A stretch of 64,000 nucleotides of DNA from an uncultured Actinomycetota bacterium (GTDB lineage Bacteria; Actinomycetota; Actinomycetes; S36-B12; UBA10799). The DNA is taken from positions 667,096-731,095 of the forward strand of contig CAWFSJ010000001.1 in assembly GCA_963818505.1 (NCBI GenBank), in the 5' to 3' direction. Shown piece by piece: positions 8,531-18,202 of the stretch. Numbering within the stretch: the stretch's first letter is position 1; each line of letters opens with the position of its first letter. Under the pieces are notes generated by a model. The model did not search any database and was not told the DNA's origin. It was given only the letters and a program-made list of their open reading frames with translations. A program made the position numbers and the translations under genes.

Positions 8531-11461
8531 CTACTGGATGCCGTAGAAGAGCCGTTCCATCACATGGCGGGCCCTACGAGTGAGTCGACGGTAGTCCTCG
8601 GGCAGCGCACCCCGGTCGTCGTGCGGATACCCCAGCAGATGTGCGACCCGGGCGAGAGTGCGGTAGTCGGTCGGGACGGAGTCGCTGGAGCGCCCAGAGC
8701 TGAGCATGATCGCGTTGCGGATCGCCGACGCCAGTCGCCAGGCCAGGACGAGGGTTTCGCAGTCCTGCTCATCGATGAGGCCCAGTTCCACGCACCGCTC
8801 CAGCACGGGGATGGTCTGGCTGTCCTTCAACTCAGGGTGCAGGTGCGCGTGCTGGAGTTGTTGCAGTTGAGCGACCCATTCGACATCGGTCAGCCCGCCC
8901 CGGCCGAGTTTGACATGAAGAGCCGGGTCGGCACCCCGGGGAAGACGTTCAGCCTCCATCCGGGCCTTGAGCCGGCGCATCTCCACGAGGTCTGCCTGTG
9001 GCACGCCTTGTGTCGGGTAGCGGATGGGGTCGATGACGTCCAGGAAAGCGTCCTGCAACGCTGGCGAGCCTGCGACAGGCCTCGCCCGCAACAACGCTTG
9101 TGCCTCCCAAGCCGACGACCAGCGCTGGTAGTAGGCCGCATACGACGCCAATGAACGCACCATGGGCCCGTTGCGTCCCTCCGGACGGAGGTCCGCGTCC
9201 ATCTCGATCGGGGGGTCGGCGCTTGGAAGCGCCAGCAGACGCCGCAACTCGTTGGCCACACCTAGTGCCACATCCGAGGCCGCACCTTCGTCGACTCCGG
9301 GCCGGGTCCGGTAGACGAACAGAACATCTGCGTCCGAGCCGTAGCCCAGTTCCCGTCCCCCGTACCGACCCATGCCGATGACGACAAATTCCACGAGTTC
9401 TTCAGCGGACCGATCTTCGTGGCGCACGGCTTCGGTGGCCACGGCCAGTGCCGCCTGAATCGTCGCGTCGGCGATGTCCGACAGGGCCGGACCCACCTCA
9501 TCCACCGTCAATTGGCCGAGCACGTCGGTGGCCGAGACTCTGAACAACTCGCGGCGACGGGTCGCCCTGATCGCAGCGATCCCCGACTCCGGGTCCACCT
9601 GCCGCAGGGCTGCAGTCAAGGCCTCCGTGACGATCTCGGGGGCGGGCCTGGGGGCGAGTTGTTCGGGGTCGGCCAGGATCTGAACCGCGTCGGGTGAGCG
9701 CAGGAGCAGGTCGGTGGCATAACGCGACGAGGCCAGCACGCGGGCCATGCTGCGGGCTGTCTGCGACTCGTCTCGAAGAAGCCGCAGGTACCAAGGTGTT
9801 GCCCCGAGCCCGTCGGACACACGACGAAATCCCAGCAGACCCGCGTCTGGGTCCGGACAGTCGGCGAACCAACCCAGCAGCACCGGCAGCAGCGTGCGCT
9901 GGATCGCCGCTCGCCGGCTCACCCCGTTGGTCAGGGACTCCAAGTGCCGCAGGGCACCGCGTGGATCCTGGTACCCCAACGCCCGCAAGCGTTCCTCGGC
10001 CGCTTCGGGGGTGAGCCGTGCCTCTCCGGAATCGAGGCGAGCCACCGCGTTGAGCAGCGGCCGGTAGAACAGCTTCTCGTGCAGGCGACGGACCTGACGA
10101 CCCTGCTTGCCGAAGGCCTGCGCCAACTCGACTGCCGGGTCTGTGCGCATCCCCATGGAGCGGGCGATGATGCGCAACTCCGCCTCCCGATCCGGGAACA
10201 GGTGGGTGCGACGCATCTGCCGCAGCTGCACCCTGTGTTCCAGGATTCGCAGGAACCGGTAGGCACTACCCATCCCGGAGGCGTCGTCACGGCCGACATA
10301 GCCCCATGTCGCCAGCGCCTCGAGCGCATTGAGGGTGGCGGCCGATCGCAAGGTGACATCGCTTCGCCCGTGCACGAGTTGCAGCAGTTGCACCGCGAAC
10401 TCGACGTCGCGCAGACCGCCCCGGCCGAGTTTGATCTCGCGGGCAGCCTGCTTCTCAGGTACGTGCTGCTCGACGCGCCTGCGCATCGCCTGCACGTCGT
10501 CGACGAAGTTGTCCCGGTCCGCGGCTGACCACACGAAATCGGAGACGGCGTCGACGTAGCGAGCACCGAGTTCCAGGTCGCCGGCCGCCGGTCGCGCCTT
10601 GAGCAGTGCTTGGAACTCCCAGGTCTTGGCCCACTTGCGGTAGTAGGCGACGTAGGAGTCGATGGTGCGCACGAGGGCACCGGCCTTGCCCTCCGGGCGA
10701 AGCGCGGCGTCCACCTCCCAGATCGAGCCCTCGGAGGTGGCCGCGTTGGCAATCTGCATGAGTTTGCTGGCGATCTGCTGACCCACTCGCATGGCCACGT
10801 CGGCCGGCACCTGATCGGAGGCTGGCTCGGCGATGAAGACGACGTCCACGTCCGAGATGTAGTTGAGCTCGCGTGCCCCGCACTTGCCCATCGCGACAAT
10901 AGCCAGATCCACCTGTGCAGCGGTATCGCCTATGTCGCGCACCGCCAACTGATAGCAGGCGTGCAGCGCGGCGTCAGCCAAGTCGGTCAACTCGGCCATC
11001 GTCGTCTCCAGTGCTGCCTCGCCGGCGAGATCACGGGCTGCCACGCCCACAAGTTCGCGGCGGTAGGCCACTCGGATGTCCAGCATGGGCTGTGGACCGT
11101 GAACCGCGGCCAGGATCCGGTCCCGCGCCCCCGATGCATCGTCAGCCTTCACTGCTGAGATCAACTCGGGGTAGCGGACCAGGAACGCCCCTAGGCTCTC
11201 GGACAGACCGAGCACGCACAGAAGCCGCGTGGAGTGGACAGGGTCGGCCAGGATCTCACGGACCCCCGGGTTGGACTCGGCAATGTCGACCAGTGCCGCC
11301 AGGGCGCGATCGGGATCCGCTGCCTGCCCCAAGTCCGCGGGGTCCAACACGTCCTCCAGACCCGCGTCCCACAGCCTCTGGAGCTGGTCGGACGCAGTGG
11401 CCGCGTCGGTGAAACCGACCAGCACCAACTCGAGGTGCTGGCTTGCTCGGCGCGGGCTCAT
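8531..11461 (-). CDS. glnE: Bifunctional glutamine synthetase adenylyltransferase / adenylyl-removing enzyme
   Basis: About 976 aa with two GlnE nucleotidyltransferase repeats (both contain KLGRGGL.DVE). The ATG at 11461 overlaps the glnA2 stop (ATGA). Confidence 0.93.
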   Translation of the reverse strand: MSPRRASQHLELVLVGFTDAATASDQLQRLWDAGLEDVLDPADLGQAADPDRALAALVDIAESNPGVREILADPVHSTRLLCVLGLSESLGAFLVRYPELISAVKADDASGARDRILAAVHGPQPMLDIRVAYRRELVGVAARDLAGEAALETTMAELTDLADAALHACYQLAVRDIGDTAAQVDLAIVAMGKCGARELNYISDVDVVFIAEPASDQVPADVAMRVGQQIASKLMQIANAATSEGSIWEVDAALRPEGKAGALVRTIDSYVAYYRKWAKTWEFQALLKARPAAGDLELGARYVDAVSDFVWSAADRDNFVDDVQAMRRRVEQHVPEKQAAREIKLGRGGLRDVEFAVQLLQLVHGRSDVTLRSAATLNALEALATWGYVGRDDASGMGSAYRFLRILEHRVQLRQMRRTHLFPDREAELRIIARSMGMRTDPAVELAQAFGKQGRQVRRLHEKLFYRPLLNAVARLDSGEARLTPEAAEERLRALGYQDPRGALRHLESLTNGVSRRAAIQRTLLPVLLGWFADCPDPDAGLLGFRRVSDGLGATPWYLRLLRDESQTARSMARVLASSRYATDLLLRSPDAVQILADPEQLAPRPAPEIVTEALTAALRQVDPESGIAAIRATRRRELFRVSATDVLGQLTVDEVGPALSDIADATIQAALAVATEAVRHEDRSAEELVEFVVIGMGRYGGRELGYGSDADVLFVYRTRPGVDEGAASDVALGVANELRRLLALPSADPPIEMDADLRPEGRNGPMVRSLASYAAYYQRWSSAWEAQALLRARPVAGSPALQDAFLDVIDPIRYPTQGVPQADLVEMRRLKARMEAERLPRGADPALHVKLGRGGLTDVEWVAQLQQLQHAHLHPELKDSQTIPVLERCVELGLIDEQDCETLVLAWRLASAIRNAIMLSSGRSSDSVPTDYRTLARVAHLLGYPHDDRGALPEDYRRLTRRARHVMERLFYGIQ

Positions 11462-12792
11462 AGTGACAGGTACCGCTCCAACTCGAACCGGGTCACATGC
11501 TTCTTGTACTCGGCCCACTCCGACTTCTTGTTGCGCAGGAAGAAGTCGAACACGTGCTCGCCCAGCGTCTCGGCCACGAGTTCGGATCCCTCCATCGCTT
11601 CGATGGCCTGGGCGAGGCTGCCAGGCAACGGCTGCAGGCCGAGTGCCCTGCGCTCCCCGTCGGTCAGCGACCACACATCGTCCTCCGTGGCCGGAGGCAA
11701 TTCGTACTTCTCCTCGATCCCCTTAAGCCCGGCGGCAAGGATGAGCGCGTAGGCGAGGTAGGGGTTGGCGGCACTGTCCAGCGACCGGAACTCGACTCGT
11801 GTGGACTGACCCTTGGCGGGCTTGTACATCGGGATGCGGATCAGTGCCGAACGGTTGTTGTGCCCCCAGCAGACGTAGCTCGGCGCCTCCATACCTCCGG
11901 CCAGACGCTTGTAGGAGTTGATCCATTGGTTGGTGACGGCGGTGATCTCCGGGGCGTGATGCAAGAGGCCGGCGATGAACTGTCGCGCCAGCACCGACAG
12001 CTGCATGTCCGCGCCCGGCTCGAAGAACGCGTTGCTGTCACCCTCGAAAAGGCTGACGTGGGTGTGCATCCCCGACCCGGGGTGATTGGTGAACGGTTTG
12101 GGCATGAACGAGGCCACGACACCGTGTTCGAGGGCCACCTCCTTGACGACCAGCCGGAACGTCATGATGTTGTCGGCTGTGCTCAGGGCGTCGGCATAAC
12201 GCAGGTCGATCTCCTGCTGCCCGGGGGCGCCCTCGTGGTGGGAGAACTCCACGGAGATCCCCATGTGCTCCAGCATCGAGATGGACTGCCTGCGGAAGTC
12301 CTGGCCAGCTGGGTGCGGACTGTGGTCGAAGTAGCCCACATTGTCCACGGGCATCGGGTCGGCGCCGTCCAGCGAGTCCTGCTTGAAGAGGAAGAACTCG
12401 ATCTCGGGGTGGGTGTAGAAGGTGAAACCCTGCTTGGCTGCCTTGGCGAGTTGGCGTTTGAGAACCCACCGGGGGTCGGCATAGGAGGGCGAGCCGTCGG
12501 GCAGCAGGATGTCGCAGAAGATCCGCCCGACCGGCATGTCGTCGCCGCGCCACGGCAGGATCTGGAAACTCGACGGGTCCGGCTTGGCAAGCATGTCCGA
12601 TTCGGTGACGCGGGAGAACCCCTCGATCGCCGATCCGTCGAACCCGATGCCCTCAGCAAAGGCACCTTCGAGTTCGGCCGGTGCGATCGACACGGACTTG
12701 AGGATGCCCAGAACGTCGGTGAACCACAACCGCACGAAGCGGATGTCCCGTTCCTCGATCGTGCGCAGGACGTACTCGGTCTGCTTATCCAT
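11458..12792 (-). CDS. glnA: Glutamine synthetase type I (GlnA2-like)
   Basis: MDKQTEYVLRTIEERDIRFVRLWFTDVLG N-terminus typical of actinobacterial GlnA2. HHEGAPGQQEID and NPYLA motifs. 444 aa. Confidence 0.93.
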   Translation of the reverse strand: MDKQTEYVLRTIEERDIRFVRLWFTDVLGILKSVSIAPAELEGAFAEGIGFDGSAIEGFSRVTESDMLAKPDPSSFQILPWRGDDMPVGRIFCDILLPDGSPSYADPRWVLKRQLAKAAKQGFTFYTHPEIEFFLFKQDSLDGADPMPVDNVGYFDHSPHPAGQDFRRQSISMLEHMGISVEFSHHEGAPGQQEIDLRYADALSTADNIMTFRLVVKEVALEHGVVASFMPKPFTNHPGSGMHTHVSLFEGDSNAFFEPGADMQLSVLARQFIAGLLHHAPEITAVTNQWINSYKRLAGGMEAPSYVCWGHNNRSALIRIPMYKPAKGQSTRVEFRSLDSAANPYLAYALILAAGLKGIEEKYELPPATEDDVWSLTDGERRALGLQPLPGSLAQAIEAMEGSELVAETLGEHVFDFFLRNKKSEWAEYKKHVTRFELERYLSL

Positions 12793-12980
12793 GGCCCCAT
12801 CCTGCCGCATGACGCGACCGTCACGTCCGGCCGTCCATCCGGTCCACCCGCACGGCAGCACCGATTCGTGTGCCCGACATTGTCGGGCCCTGACCGGCGT
12901 CGGATCAGGCGCCGATCCCCGCGTCCAGCTTGCGCGGCGCGAAGCTTTTGGTCCGCCTGCTCGTAACCCCGGTGCGGTTG

Positions 12981-13048
12981 GTTAGAGGTTGTGCTGTTGG
13001 TTAGCGAATCCACGCGTTGTTTCGCTAACCAACAGCACAACCTCTAAC
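12981..13048. repeat. Palindromic intergenic element, copy 1 (perfect 28-nt arms, 12-nt loop TCCACGCGTTGT)
   Basis: GTTAGAGGTTGTGCTGTTGGTTAGCGAA / TTCGCTAACCAACAGCACAACCTCTAAC are exact reverse complements. Related copies lie at 18116-18183 and 40679-40746. Confidence 0.95.
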
Positions 13049-13197
13049 GCGGGCCCGTCCGGCCCCACGAGGACCAGCGGTTTCACAGGGGCGGCGGTCG
13101 GGCCTAGGCGGTCATGGCACTGCAGAATCGGCTGGTCCGAGGCACGTTACCCACTCGGGCGCGTGGGCCGACAGTCGCCGTTTGCCAGACTGAGGCC

Positions 13198-14892
13198 ATG
13201 GCACAACTGCGTATCGCCCTGGCCCAGGTCAACCCCACTGTGGGAGACCTCCTCGGCAACCGTGCTCTGGTCGTCGAGACGACGGCCAAGGCGGCATCGG
13301 TGGGTGCGGATCTTGTGGCATTCCCGGAGATGATGCTGACCGGATACCCGATCGAGGATCTGGCCCTTCGCCCCAGCTTCCAGCACGCGTGCGACCGGTC
13401 GCTGCAGACATTGGCCTCTGATCTCGACGCCGCCGGACTCGGGGGTATCGCAGTGGTCGTGGGCCACCTCGCCCCCGCCAGCGGAGAAACCGGTGACCGG
13501 CGTGGACACAATGCCGCGGCCGTGCTGCACAGCGGGGCGGTGGTGGCCGACTACGCCAAACACCACCTGCCCAACTACGGGGTTTTCGACGAGCAGCGTT
13601 ACTTCCGCCCCGGAACCGCGGCCTGCCGGATCCGGGTGGGCCAGGCCGACGTCGCACTGGCGATCTGCGAGGACATCTGGGTCAGCGCCGGTCCCTTGAC
13701 TGATCTCGCAGAGGCCGCACCCGGTGTGCTTCTGGTCATCAACGGCAGCCCCTACGAGCGCAACAAGGACGATGTGCGACTGCAGCTCTGCGCGACCCGA
13801 GCACGTGAGCTCGGGTGCACGGTCGCGTACGTCAACATGTGGGGAGGCCAGGACGAACTGGTCTTCGACGGCGACTCGATGATCGTGACCTCCGACGGTG
13901 CACTGCTGGCCAGGTCGCCGCAGTTCGTCGACGATCTGCTGGTCGCCGACCTCACCTGCCCCGAGTCAAGTGCCCCGACGCAGGCACAACTGCCCGCGTC
14001 CGTGCAGCCCGCACCGATCGCCCCCGTCGTCGCCGAGCCGCTCAGCGACGCGCGCGAGGTGTACATGGCGCTGGTCACCGGGCTGCGGGACTACGTGCGC
14101 AAGAACGGTTTCTCCTCGGTGGTCCTGGGCATGTCCGGGGGCATCGACTCTGCGCTGGTCGCGGCGATCGCCTGCGACGCGCTAGGCCCCGCCAATGTGC
14201 ACGGTGTGCGCATGCCCAGCCAGTACTCCTCTCAGCACTCGATGGACGATGCAGCAGCATCCGCGGCACTCACCGGCATGAACCTGCGCACTATAGAGAT
14301 CAACGACATGGTCGAGGCATACGACCGCAACCTTGGGCTCACCGGCTTGGCAGCGGAGAACCTGCAGGCAAGGGTCAGGGGCGCCATCCTGATGGCGATC
14401 AGCAACTCGGAGAGCCACCTCACGCTTGCCACCGGCAACAAGAGCGAGCTGGCTGTCGGCTACTCCACGATCTATGGGGACGCGGTCGGCGGTTTCGCCC
14501 CGATCAAGGATGTGCCCAAGACGCTGGTCTGGGAGATGGCGCAGTGGCGTAACGCCGCCGCCGAACGAGCAGGGCAACCGGGACCGATCCCGGTCAACAG
14601 CATCGAGAAGCCCCCGTCCGCGGAGTTGCGCCCGGACCAATTGGACTCCGATTCGCTACCGGACTACGCGCTGCTCGACCGGGTGCTTGAGGACTATGTG
14701 GGCGCCGACATGGGCTCAGTGGAACTGGCCCAGCGCGGTTATGAACAGGAGCTTGTCTCTCGGATCCTGCAACTGACCGATGCTGCAGAATGGAAGCGCC
14801 GCCAGTACCCGCCGGGCACGAAGATCACGTTCCGGGCGTTCGGCCGTGACCGCCGACTTCCGATCACGAATCGTTGGCGCGAGTCGGATTGA
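13198..14892 (+). CDS. nadE: Glutamine-dependent NAD+ synthetase (CN-hydrolase domain plus NAD synthase domain)
   Basis: ATG at 13198 after GAGG. N-terminal nitrilase-like domain (LRIALAQVNP...ICEDIW). C-terminal PP-loop VVLGMSGGIDSALVA. Confidence 0.92.
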   Translation: MAQLRIALAQVNPTVGDLLGNRALVVETTAKAASVGADLVAFPEMMLTGYPIEDLALRPSFQHACDRSLQTLASDLDAAGLGGIAVVVGHLAPASGETGDRRGHNAAAVLHSGAVVADYAKHHLPNYGVFDEQRYFRPGTAACRIRVGQADVALAICEDIWVSAGPLTDLAEAAPGVLLVINGSPYERNKDDVRLQLCATRARELGCTVAYVNMWGGQDELVFDGDSMIVTSDGALLARSPQFVDDLLVADLTCPESSAPTQAQLPASVQPAPIAPVVAEPLSDAREVYMALVTGLRDYVRKNGFSSVVLGMSGGIDSALVAAIACDALGPANVHGVRMPSQYSSQHSMDDAAASAALTGMNLRTIEINDMVEAYDRNLGLTGLAAENLQARVRGAILMAISNSESHLTLATGNKSELAVGYSTIYGDAVGGFAPIKDVPKTLVWEMAQWRNAAAERAGQPGPIPVNSIEKPPSAELRPDQLDSDSLPDYALLDRVLEDYVGADMGSVELAQRGYEQELVSRILQLTDAAEWKRRQYPPGTKITFRAFGRDRRLPITNRWRESD

Positions 14893-15451
14893 CCATCCCC
14901 TCGAAGATCAGATCGACAACATCGGACATCTCCCCAGTTTCGGACTGCAGCGACCGGTGCATGCCAGAAACAATGGCCACTGAACTGAGCACCCGCATCG
15001 CATCCGCAAGGTCGATGTCCTCACGCAACAAACCCTCGGTCACCCCTCTCTGCAGAACTCCCATCAAAGCCTCCCTGCGCGGGCCGGAGACCTTGGACCG
15101 GTAGAGGTCGCGCACGGAAGGCATCCTCTGCATCGCTATCAACCAAGTCGGCGTCATGCCAGCCGCGTGCGAACCGGCGATCCACGTGAGCAGAGTGACC
15201 AGGGCCTGCTTGACCGGCAGATCGCTGACGTCGGGCATGTCCTCATTGATGGCGGCCAGGCCCGCCTCCTCCATCTCCTCGCGCGAGCGGTACCGGCGGT
15301 AGATCGCGGCCTTCCCGACACCTGAGCGGGTCGCGAGCTCATCCATGGAGAAACCGCTTGGACCTCGTTCGGCCATCAGTTGCAGCAGGTGCGTGGACAC
15401 GGCCTCGTCGACACGAGGATCCCGTGGCCGCCCCCGCACCTTCTCGCTCAT
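14864..15451 (-). CDS. TetR-family transcriptional regulator
   Basis: N-terminal HTH FSMDELATRSGVGKAAIYRRY. ATGA overlap with the upstream MFS gene. The 3' end overlaps the nadE 3' end by 29 nt. Confidence 0.85.
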   Translation of the reverse strand: MSEKVRGRPRDPRVDEAVSTHLLQLMAERGPSGFSMDELATRSGVGKAAIYRRYRSREEMEEAGLAAINEDMPDVSDLPVKQALVTLLTWIAGSHAAGMTPTWLIAMQRMPSVRDLYRSKVSGPRREALMGVLQRGVTEGLLREDIDLADAMRVLSSVAIVSGMHRSLQSETGEMSDVVDLIFEGMVNPTRANDS

Positions 15452-17079
15452 GACGGGGCTGCCCTTTCGTGGTCGCTCTCGCCCTCGAACTCATCAGGCG
15501 GCAGGTCCGGGTCGACCTCCACATGACCCGCGTGGCCGCCCCACGCGGCGTGCTCCGGTTGAGCCGGCAGACGCACGAGCAGCACGATCAGCGCGATGAG
15601 GATCAGTAGGGCGGAGCCCAGTGCTGCCAGGTGGAAGGCCTGCATGAAGCTGTCCACGGAGGCCGTCTGAATGGCCGCGGCCTGCTGGGGGTCGAGCAGC
15701 CCCGCCTCGAGCGCTCTGCCGGTGGCCTCGTAAGCCCCGCCGATCGAATCGGTGACGGGTTCCTGCAACTGCGAGGGCAACTGCGCGATCCCCGGCTTGT
15801 TCAACATGGCGTTGCTGTAGACGACCGCTACGACCGAGGACAGCACCGCGATCCCGATAGCCGCCGCGACCTGGCGCACGGTGTTCTGCACGGCTGACCC
15901 CGCTCCGGACTTCTCCGGTGGCGTCGCCAGAGTCATGCGGGTGGTGGACGGAGCGATTACGTTTCCGAGACCGAAGCCGAGGAAGAACCAGGTGACCAGC
16001 AAGACCCAGGCAGGGCTGTCCGGTTGCAGCAAAGCGATGGAGATGAACACCAAGCCCGCCAGGACTAGCCCGAACGTGATGACCTTGCGGGCTCCGAATC
16101 GTTCGACCATCTTGGCGCTGCGCGGTGCGGCAAGCAGCTGCCCCACTGCGACGGGCAGCGTGAAAAGCCCCGCCTGCAAGGGGCTGTAGCCGCGCACCAA
16201 CTGCATATAGAAGGCCAGGAATAGCAGCGACCCGGTCATGGCAGCGAAGGTCAACGACACGGTTGTCAAGGACGCCGAGAACGACCGGATCGAGAACAAC
16301 GACATGTCCAAGGAAGGGTGACTGCTGCGGAACTCCAACCAGATGAAGGCCACCAGGATCGCCAAGCCTGCGACGATGCACCCAGCGACGTCGGGACTGA
16401 GCCATTCCTGGGTGTCGCCGCCGTGCTGGATCCCGTAGACCAGCAGCATCAGGCCCGAGATACTCATCAGAAGGCCCACCGGATCCAGGCGGCCGGGGTT
16501 CGGGTTCTTGGATTCCGGGACGAGGGCGAGGATCCCCGCAATGCCGATGATGACGATCGGCACGTTGATCAGGAACACCGAACCCCACCAGTAGTGCTCG
16601 AGCAGGAACCCGCCGAGAACCGGGCCGATCGCGACTGCCCCGCCCACTGCCGCGGCCCAGATACCGATTGCCTTGCCGCGCTCGTGTGGCGGGAAGACCA
16701 CAGTGATGATGGCCAGGGTTACTGGCAGAACCGATGCGCCTCCGATGCCCATCAGGCCACGCGCGATGATCAGTTGGGTGGGGTCCTGGGCGAATGCACT
16801 GAGCGCAGAGGCCAGGCCGAAGAGTGCCAGACCGATGACGAGGATCTTCTTGCGCCCGTAGCGGTCACCCAGTACGCCCCACGTGAAGAGCAGCGCGGCG
16901 AACACCAAGGTATAGGAGTTGATCGCCCAGACGATCTCGTTCTGAGTGGCCTGCAGGTCCTCCTGGATGGTCTTGATCGCAACGTTGAGGACCGTGTTGT
17001 CCAGAACCACGACCAGAAGGCTCACCACGAGAACCGTGAGGATCTGCCAACGGCGTGGGTGTCCGGTGGGTTGCTTCAT
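15448..17079 (-). CDS. MFS drug/H+ antiporter (14-TM DHA2/EmrB-QacA type)
   Basis: 543 aa, many hydrophobic helices, LDNTVLNVA and GDRYGRKK motifs. Translationally coupled to the TetR gene. Confidence 0.88.
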   Translation of the reverse strand: MKQPTGHPRRWQILTVLVVSLLVVVLDNTVLNVAIKTIQEDLQATQNEIVWAINSYTLVFAALLFTWGVLGDRYGRKKILVIGLALFGLASALSAFAQDPTQLIIARGLMGIGGASVLPVTLAIITVVFPPHERGKAIGIWAAAVGGAVAIGPVLGGFLLEHYWWGSVFLINVPIVIIGIAGILALVPESKNPNPGRLDPVGLLMSISGLMLLVYGIQHGGDTQEWLSPDVAGCIVAGLAILVAFIWLEFRSSHPSLDMSLFSIRSFSASLTTVSLTFAAMTGSLLFLAFYMQLVRGYSPLQAGLFTLPVAVGQLLAAPRSAKMVERFGARKVITFGLVLAGLVFISIALLQPDSPAWVLLVTWFFLGFGLGNVIAPSTTRMTLATPPEKSGAGSAVQNTVRQVAAAIGIAVLSSVVAVVYSNAMLNKPGIAQLPSQLQEPVTDSIGGAYEATGRALEAGLLDPQQAAAIQTASVDSFMQAFHLAALGSALLILIALIVLLVRLPAQPEHAAWGGHAGHVEVDPDLPPDEFEGESDHERAAPS

Positions 17080-17102
17080 TTCTACCGACCTTCGATTACG
17101 AA

Positions 17103-17117
17103 ACGGAACTGTTCCGT
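17103..17117. promoter_or_regulatory. Candidate TetR operator (perfect 7-1-7 palindrome ACGGAACTGTTCCGT)
   Basis: Perfect palindrome 24 nt upstream of the MFS start codon, in the MFS/panB divergent region. Confidence 0.5.
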
Positions 17118-17251
17118 ATCCTATACGCCGGGTGAGACACGTGACAAGCAGCCCGGTTTGAGGTTCGCCTCTGGCCGAATCGGGTCGCGGTATGTCACCA
17201 TGGTGGCGTCCGGGGACTCACAGTGAGCCTCGAGGCTGGAGGAAGCTCCCG

Positions 17252-18079
17252 ATGTCTGAACACCTTTACGGCCCCGCAACAGGTCGTCGAGTGACGATCA
17301 AGGACCTCGCCGCTGCCAAAGAGCGTGGCGAGAAGTGGCCGATGATCACCGCGTACGACGCACTGACAGCTGGCCTCTTCGACGCTGCAGGCATTCCCGT
17401 GATGCTGGTCGGAGACTCTGCTGCAATGGTCGTCTACGGCCACGATTCGACCATCCCCGTGACGGTCGACGATCTCATCGGCCTGGTTGCCGCCGTTGTG
17501 CGTGGGTCGCAGCGCGCCATGGTCGTGGCCGACCTCCCGTTCGGCTCGTACCAGCAATCCCCGCAGCAGGCATTGGCCACCGCGACCCGCTTCATGAAGG
17601 AGGCAGGCGCACATGCGGTCAAACTCGAGGGCGGCGAACGGGTCCTCCCCCACGTCGAGTTCCTGACCAGTGCCGGCATTCCGGTGATGGCCCACCTCGG
17701 ACTCACCCCGCAGTCGGTGCACCAGTTCGGCGGCTACAAGGTCCAGGGCCGCGGGGAGGCGGGCCAGAAGCTCATCCTCGACGCCAAGCACATGGAGCAG
17801 GCAGGCGCCTTCGCCACCGTCCTCGAGGTAGTGCCGTCCGACCTCGCCGACGCCGTGACGCGCGCGGTTTCGATCCCGACCATCGGCATCGGCGCGGGCC
17901 CGCACACCGACGCCCAGGTGCTCGTGTGGCAGGACATGGCCGGGCTGACCCCCGGCAAACCCCCCAAGTTCGTCAAGCAGTACGCCGATCTTCGTACCGT
18001 GCTCACCGACGCCGTGCAGACCTGGGCTGGCGAAGTCGTCAGTGGCACCTACCCCGGCCCCGAGCACCAGTACTCCTGA
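17252..18079 (+). CDS. panB: 3-methyl-2-oxobutanoate hydroxymethyltransferase
   Basis: ATG at 17252 after [29 protein letters not shown] and VKLEGG motifs. Confidence 0.93.
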   Translation: MSEHLYGPATGRRVTIKDLAAAKERGEKWPMITAYDALTAGLFDAAGIPVMLVGDSAAMVVYGHDSTIPVTVDDLIGLVAAVVRGSQRAMVVADLPFGSYQQSPQQALATATRFMKEAGAHAVKLEGGERVLPHVEFLTSAGIPVMAHLGLTPQSVHQFGGYKVQGRGEAGQKLILDAKHMEQAGAFATVLEVVPSDLADAVTRAVSIPTIGIGAGPHTDAQVLVWQDMAGLTPGKPPKFVKQYADLRTVLTDAVQTWAGEVVSGTYPGPEHQYS

Positions 18080-18115
18080 GCGTGTGGTCGCGTTTCAACC
18101 GCCCGGCAGCGGTTG

Positions 18116-18183
18116 GTTAGAGGTTGTGCTGTTGGTTAGCGAAACAACGCGTGGATTCGCTAACCAGGACCACAACCTCTAAC
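18116..18183. repeat. Palindromic intergenic element, copy 2 (loop ACAACGCGTGGA, 3 arm mismatches)
   Basis: The left arm is identical to copy 1. The loop is the reverse complement of the copy-1 loop. The right arm is TTCGCTAACCAGGACCACAACCTCTAAC. It lies between the convergent panB gene and the 94-aa membrane-protein gene. Confidence 0.95.
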
Positions 18184-18202
18184 GCGGGCACCAAACCCGG
18201 CG

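Noticed and set aside
11497-12966. 489-aa plus-strand ORF
   Set aside because: It is entirely antisense to the clearly identified glnA2 gene. Its composition is Arg/Gly/Val-rich and low in complexity, typical of shadow frames in high-GC DNA.
12935-12970. Possible GlnR box upstream of glnA2 (minus-strand GTTAC-gagcag-GCGGAC)
   Set aside because: Only the first half-site matches gTnAc. The GaAAc half-sites are poor. It is too weak to call without a matrix scan or binding data.
12183-13333. ORFs beginning MCCWLA(K/N)(Q/P)RV..SLT..TTSN on both strands (12183..13040, 12989..13333, and 18124..18477 at copy 2)
   Set aside because: The shared peptide is simply the translation of the palindromic repeat arms. 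The remainders are non-coding or overlap real genes.
17195-18067. 290-aa minus-strand ORF; also the 261-aa plus-strand ORF at 17335..18120
   Set aside because: These are the antisense and the alternative frame of panB. They have no motifs and an Arg/Pro/Gly-rich composition.
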